A stretch of 20,000 nt of DNA from Tortispora ganteri (taxonomy: Eukaryota): assembly GCA_003707115.1 (NCBI GenBank), contig PPNB01000016.1, positions 169,655 to 189,654 on the forward strand, given 5' to 3'. Below the pieces are notes generated by a model. The model was not told the origin of the DNA. It did no database searches and saw only the letters and a list, made by a program, of their open reading frames with translations. How positions within the stretch are numbered: the first letter of the stretch is position 1; each line of letters opens with the position of its first letter. Made by a program: the position numbers and the translations under genes. Positions 17,367-20,000 of the stretch are shown here, one piece after another.

Positions 17367-20000
17367 TCATCCACTGGCATATGCGAGTACAGGCTCTTCT
17401 GTCTCTTGTTTAGACCTCGCCTTAACATCCAGTACGTCTTTCGCAAATTTCAGTGCTCTTGCAGGAACACCTGCCATTTCCGCCACTTTTAGTGCATGCG
17501 AATAGCCCGCTATACCGGGACGAATTTTATGGTCGTACCAAAATTCCCCGTCAGCATCATTAATACCTGTACAGTACACACCTATTTTGCCAATTGTTGC
17601 GGAATGTTCTGCGAGGTTGTGAAAATGTGTAGCAAACAAAACTCTGCTTTTGTTTACGCTATACAGATGATTCAAACATCCGAATGCAATGGCCTCGCCT
17701 TCGTCAGGAGATGTTCCACGCCCCACCTCATCCATGATGACTAAAGAAGAAGGAGTTGCATTATTGAGGATGGTAGCAGTTTCAATCATTTCCACCATGA
17801 AAGTGCTCTGATCCCTGTAGAGATTGTCATGTGCACCAATCCGACTAAATATTCTGTCGACAATTCCGATTGTAGCACTCTCAGCAGGAACATAAGAGCC
17901 AATTTGCGCCAATATTGAAATAATAACATTTTGGCGTAAGAAAGTGCTTTTACCTGCCATGTTTGGGCCAGTGATCACCCATACACGTTCATGATTAGTT
18001 TTGTCGCTCTTCAAGTAGCAGTCATTAGGCACAAAACTGCCTGATGCTCGTTCCATAAGTCCTGCTTCTACGGTTATATGTCTTCCCCCTTTAATTTCTA
18101 TCTTCTGATCGTTAGTCAGAACCGGCCGTACAAGGTTAGCTTCTTCGGCAAGTTCAGCAAAAGAACAGGCTATATCGATTCGGTCGATAATCGCCGATGT
18201 TTCCTGTAATTGCTGATAATTATCCAGAATCAAAGCCTTCAATCTCCGCAAGATCCTTTTCTCTTCGTCCCTAATTCTCAATCTGATGGAGCCCAATTCG
18301 TTCCCCAAGTCAACCCACGGTTTCCAAGAAAATGAAGCTGACGATTTGGTGGATGTCAACAGTTTTGGCGGATGTTCCTGTAACAGTTTCTGCATCAAAT
18401 TATTGTCATTTTCATAGTTGAGTATATTAACTTTCTCGCCATCAGAATGTGTTTCGCTGCGGATGAAGTTTTGATTTAGACGAAGTCGTCTAGATGCCGA
18501 TATGTTTGCAAAATGAACAATGTACCCATAATTGGCGCTCCAGCGCAATTCTGCATTATTTATCTCGATATGATCACGTAAATTATGTTCTAGAGACCTT
18601 ATTTCTTCGATTAAATTGTTATATCGCGCTCTGAGCATTTCAAGTTCGTGTGTAGCATGTGGTAAGATGATCCAAGGCTCAGTATCGACTCCCATCCATC
18701 GTTTTTCTTCAGGAGCCTCGAACAAAGGTAATTCAGTGAAAATCTTAGTGTGTTTTGCTGAACCTTCCTGAGAGATTTCCTCAAAAGCAGATTGCTCGCG
18801 CTGACGTTCTATTTCATGTTGAATTGATAAGTTCACCTCGTCAATAGTTCTCTGAATCTCGTCAGCTAAAGCCAATGGGCCGCTTAAATTGAGATTGGAG
18901 ACGAGTTTGCAAAGACTCTGGTTTTTTAGTCCGGAACGATGCTCGCGTATAAGTTTCTCAATCTCAGAGATATGGTGGATTGATCTTGCTAACGCAAGCA
19001 TTCCGTCTGGAGAACCTCGACCGATGGAGAACCGGTGAGACAGTCGCCTGAGATCGTCTATTTTGCGAAAGCGCGCTATTATTGAATTTCGCAACCATTT
19101 TCCATCTTCGTTTACTAGCACCTCAACCAAGTCTTGTCGAAATGTTATTTCTTCGATATCAGTGGTTGGAGACAATAGCCATTCGAGTAGTCGACGCGCG
19201 CCTGATTGCGTAGAAGTTCGTCTGATTGTTTGCAGCAGACTACCGACAGTTGAGCCGTCTGCAAGTGTTTTCTTTATTTCAAGATTGGATACCGAGTTAG
19301 AGTCAAGCAATAGCATGCTTGAGTGAGTAAAGTTGACAGGCGGTAATGCAAGTATTGTTCCGTCAGGGACGCAGTAGTTAACATATTCAAGGACCTTTGA
19401 ACATGCAGCAAGTTGAATTTCGTCAAACTCAGCAAGTGTGTCGTATGTGAGTTCAGATATGAATGAGGTCTGCCATTGGTCGATGAAATCAGAGTGCGAG
19501 AGTGGCGATTGAAGCGGGGAGAATGCTACTGAATAGGATTTGGACTTGCGAGAGTTATATACTTCGTGAAGCGCTTTAGGCACAGAATTTGGTTTTGTCG
19601 TGCGTTTTGGGAGTGGGAAGTCGTCTAGCGAAGGAAGTAAGATTTCTTTTGGCGATATTCGCGTGATATCGCTGGACAGCAGACTAGGCGTAGTTAGTTG
19701 CGAGAAGAAGTCGCCAGTCGACAAATCTATCCACGCAAGACCTATTTTCGCGTTTTTTGAGGCTCGTTGGTGTGTTGTAGGCACTATTGACAAAAGATAA
19801 TTCGAAGACATAGGGTCAAGAAAGGACTCATCAAGAAGTGTACCGGGTGTAATAACACGACATATGCGACGCTCATAGAGGTTCTTTGTAGTTGATCCAG
19901 GTGTAGGCGGAAACTCTTCAGAAATAGCTACATGGCAGTTTAATTTGTTTACCAGTATAGCAAGGTACCGTTGTAAATGCATGAATGGGAAACCTGCCAT
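17367..20000 (-). CDS. MSH1: Mitochondrial MutS homologue Msh1, 5'-truncated by the window edge
   Basis: Begins inside MutS domain I (MAGFPFMHLQRYLAILVNKLNCHVAISEEF...RVITPGTLLDESFLD). Walker A ITGPNMAGKSTFLRQ, FSRIGAHDNLYRDQSTFMVEM, Walker B VIMDEVGRGTS, LFATHFH, SHALKVAEMAGVP. The ATG at the edge is probably internal. Confidence 0.93.
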   Translation of the reverse strand: MAGFPFMHLQRYLAILVNKLNCHVAISEEFPPTPGSTTKNLYERRICRVITPGTLLDESFLDPMSSNYLLSIVPTTHQRASKNAKIGLAWIDLSTGDFFSQLTTPSLLSSDITRISPKEILLPSLDDFPLPKRTTKPNSVPKALHEVYNSRKSKSYSVAFSPLQSPLSHSDFIDQWQTSFISELTYDTLAEFDEIQLAACSKVLEYVNYCVPDGTILALPPVNFTHSSMLLLDSNSVSNLEIKKTLADGSTVGSLLQTIRRTSTQSGARRLLEWLLSPTTDIEEITFRQDLVEVLVNEDGKWLRNSIIARFRKIDDLRRLSHRFSIGRGSPDGMLALARSIHHISEIEKLIREHRSGLKNQSLCKLVSNLNLSGPLALADEIQRTIDEVNLSIQHEIERQREQSAFEEISQEGSAKHTKIFTELPLFEAPEEKRWMGVDTEPWIILPHATHELEMLRARYNNLIEEIRSLEHNLRDHIEINNAELRWSANYGYIVHFANISASRRLRLNQNFIRSETHSDGEKVNILNYENDNNLMQKLLQEHPPKLLTSTKSSASFSWKPWVDLGNELGSIRLRIRDEEKRILRRLKALILDNYQQLQETSAIIDRIDIACSFAELAEEANLVRPVLTNDQKIEIKGGRHITVEAGLMERASGSFVPNDCYLKSDKTNHERVWVITGPNMAGKSTFLRQNVIISILAQIGSYVPAESATIGIVDRIFSRIGAHDNLYRDQSTFMVEMIETATILNNATPSSLVIMDEVGRGTSPDEGEAIAFGCLNHLYSVNKSRVLFATHFHNLAEHSATIGKIGVYCTGINDADGEFWYDHKIRPGIAGYSHALKVAEMAGVPARALKFAKDVLDVKARSKQETEEPVLAYASG

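Noticed and set aside
14534..19800. Antisense ORFs within THP3 and MSH1, including the 169-aa ORF at 14534-15043
   Set aside because: Shadow ORFs opposite long coding frames, with no recognisable domains.
1..20000. A functional gene cluster (chromatin: SMC2, SAP30, HIR3, THP3; mitochondrial: MDJ1, orphan, CoA-transferase, MSH1) or a prokaryote-type defence or mobile system
   Set aside because: These are broad, abundant gene categories, so co-location is plausible by chance. SMC and MutS here are standard eukaryotic housekeeping orthologues, and I saw no transposase, LTR, terminal inverted repeats or repeat-spacer array.

Overview
Eukaryotic nuclear DNA from a compact, intron-poor, yeast-like ascomycete. 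The standard genetic code appears to apply, because CTG occupies invariant Leu positions. Ten protein-coding genes are tightly packed with no clear introns: 3' part of condensin SMC2 (+), CUE1/CUE4-like ERAD factor (-), mitochondrial DnaJ MDJ1 (+), SAP30-like Rpd3L subunit (+), an uncharacterised 140-aa probably mitochondrial protein (-), a CaiB/BaiF family III CoA-transferase (+), HIR3 (-), KAE1 (+), a THP3/LENG8-like SAC3/GANP protein with a long N-terminal extension (+), and the 3' part of mitochondrial MutS homologue MSH1 (-). I found no RNA genes, mobile elements or CRISPR arrays. This is mostly an ordinary housekeeping region and no new multi-gene system is evident. The best leads are the 93-bp HIR3/KAE1 divergent spacer (uORF, palindrome, MCB site, splice-like signals), the unexplained N-terminal domain on THP3, and the orphan protein divergent from the CoA-transferase. 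All gene calls come from motif recognition, not database searches.
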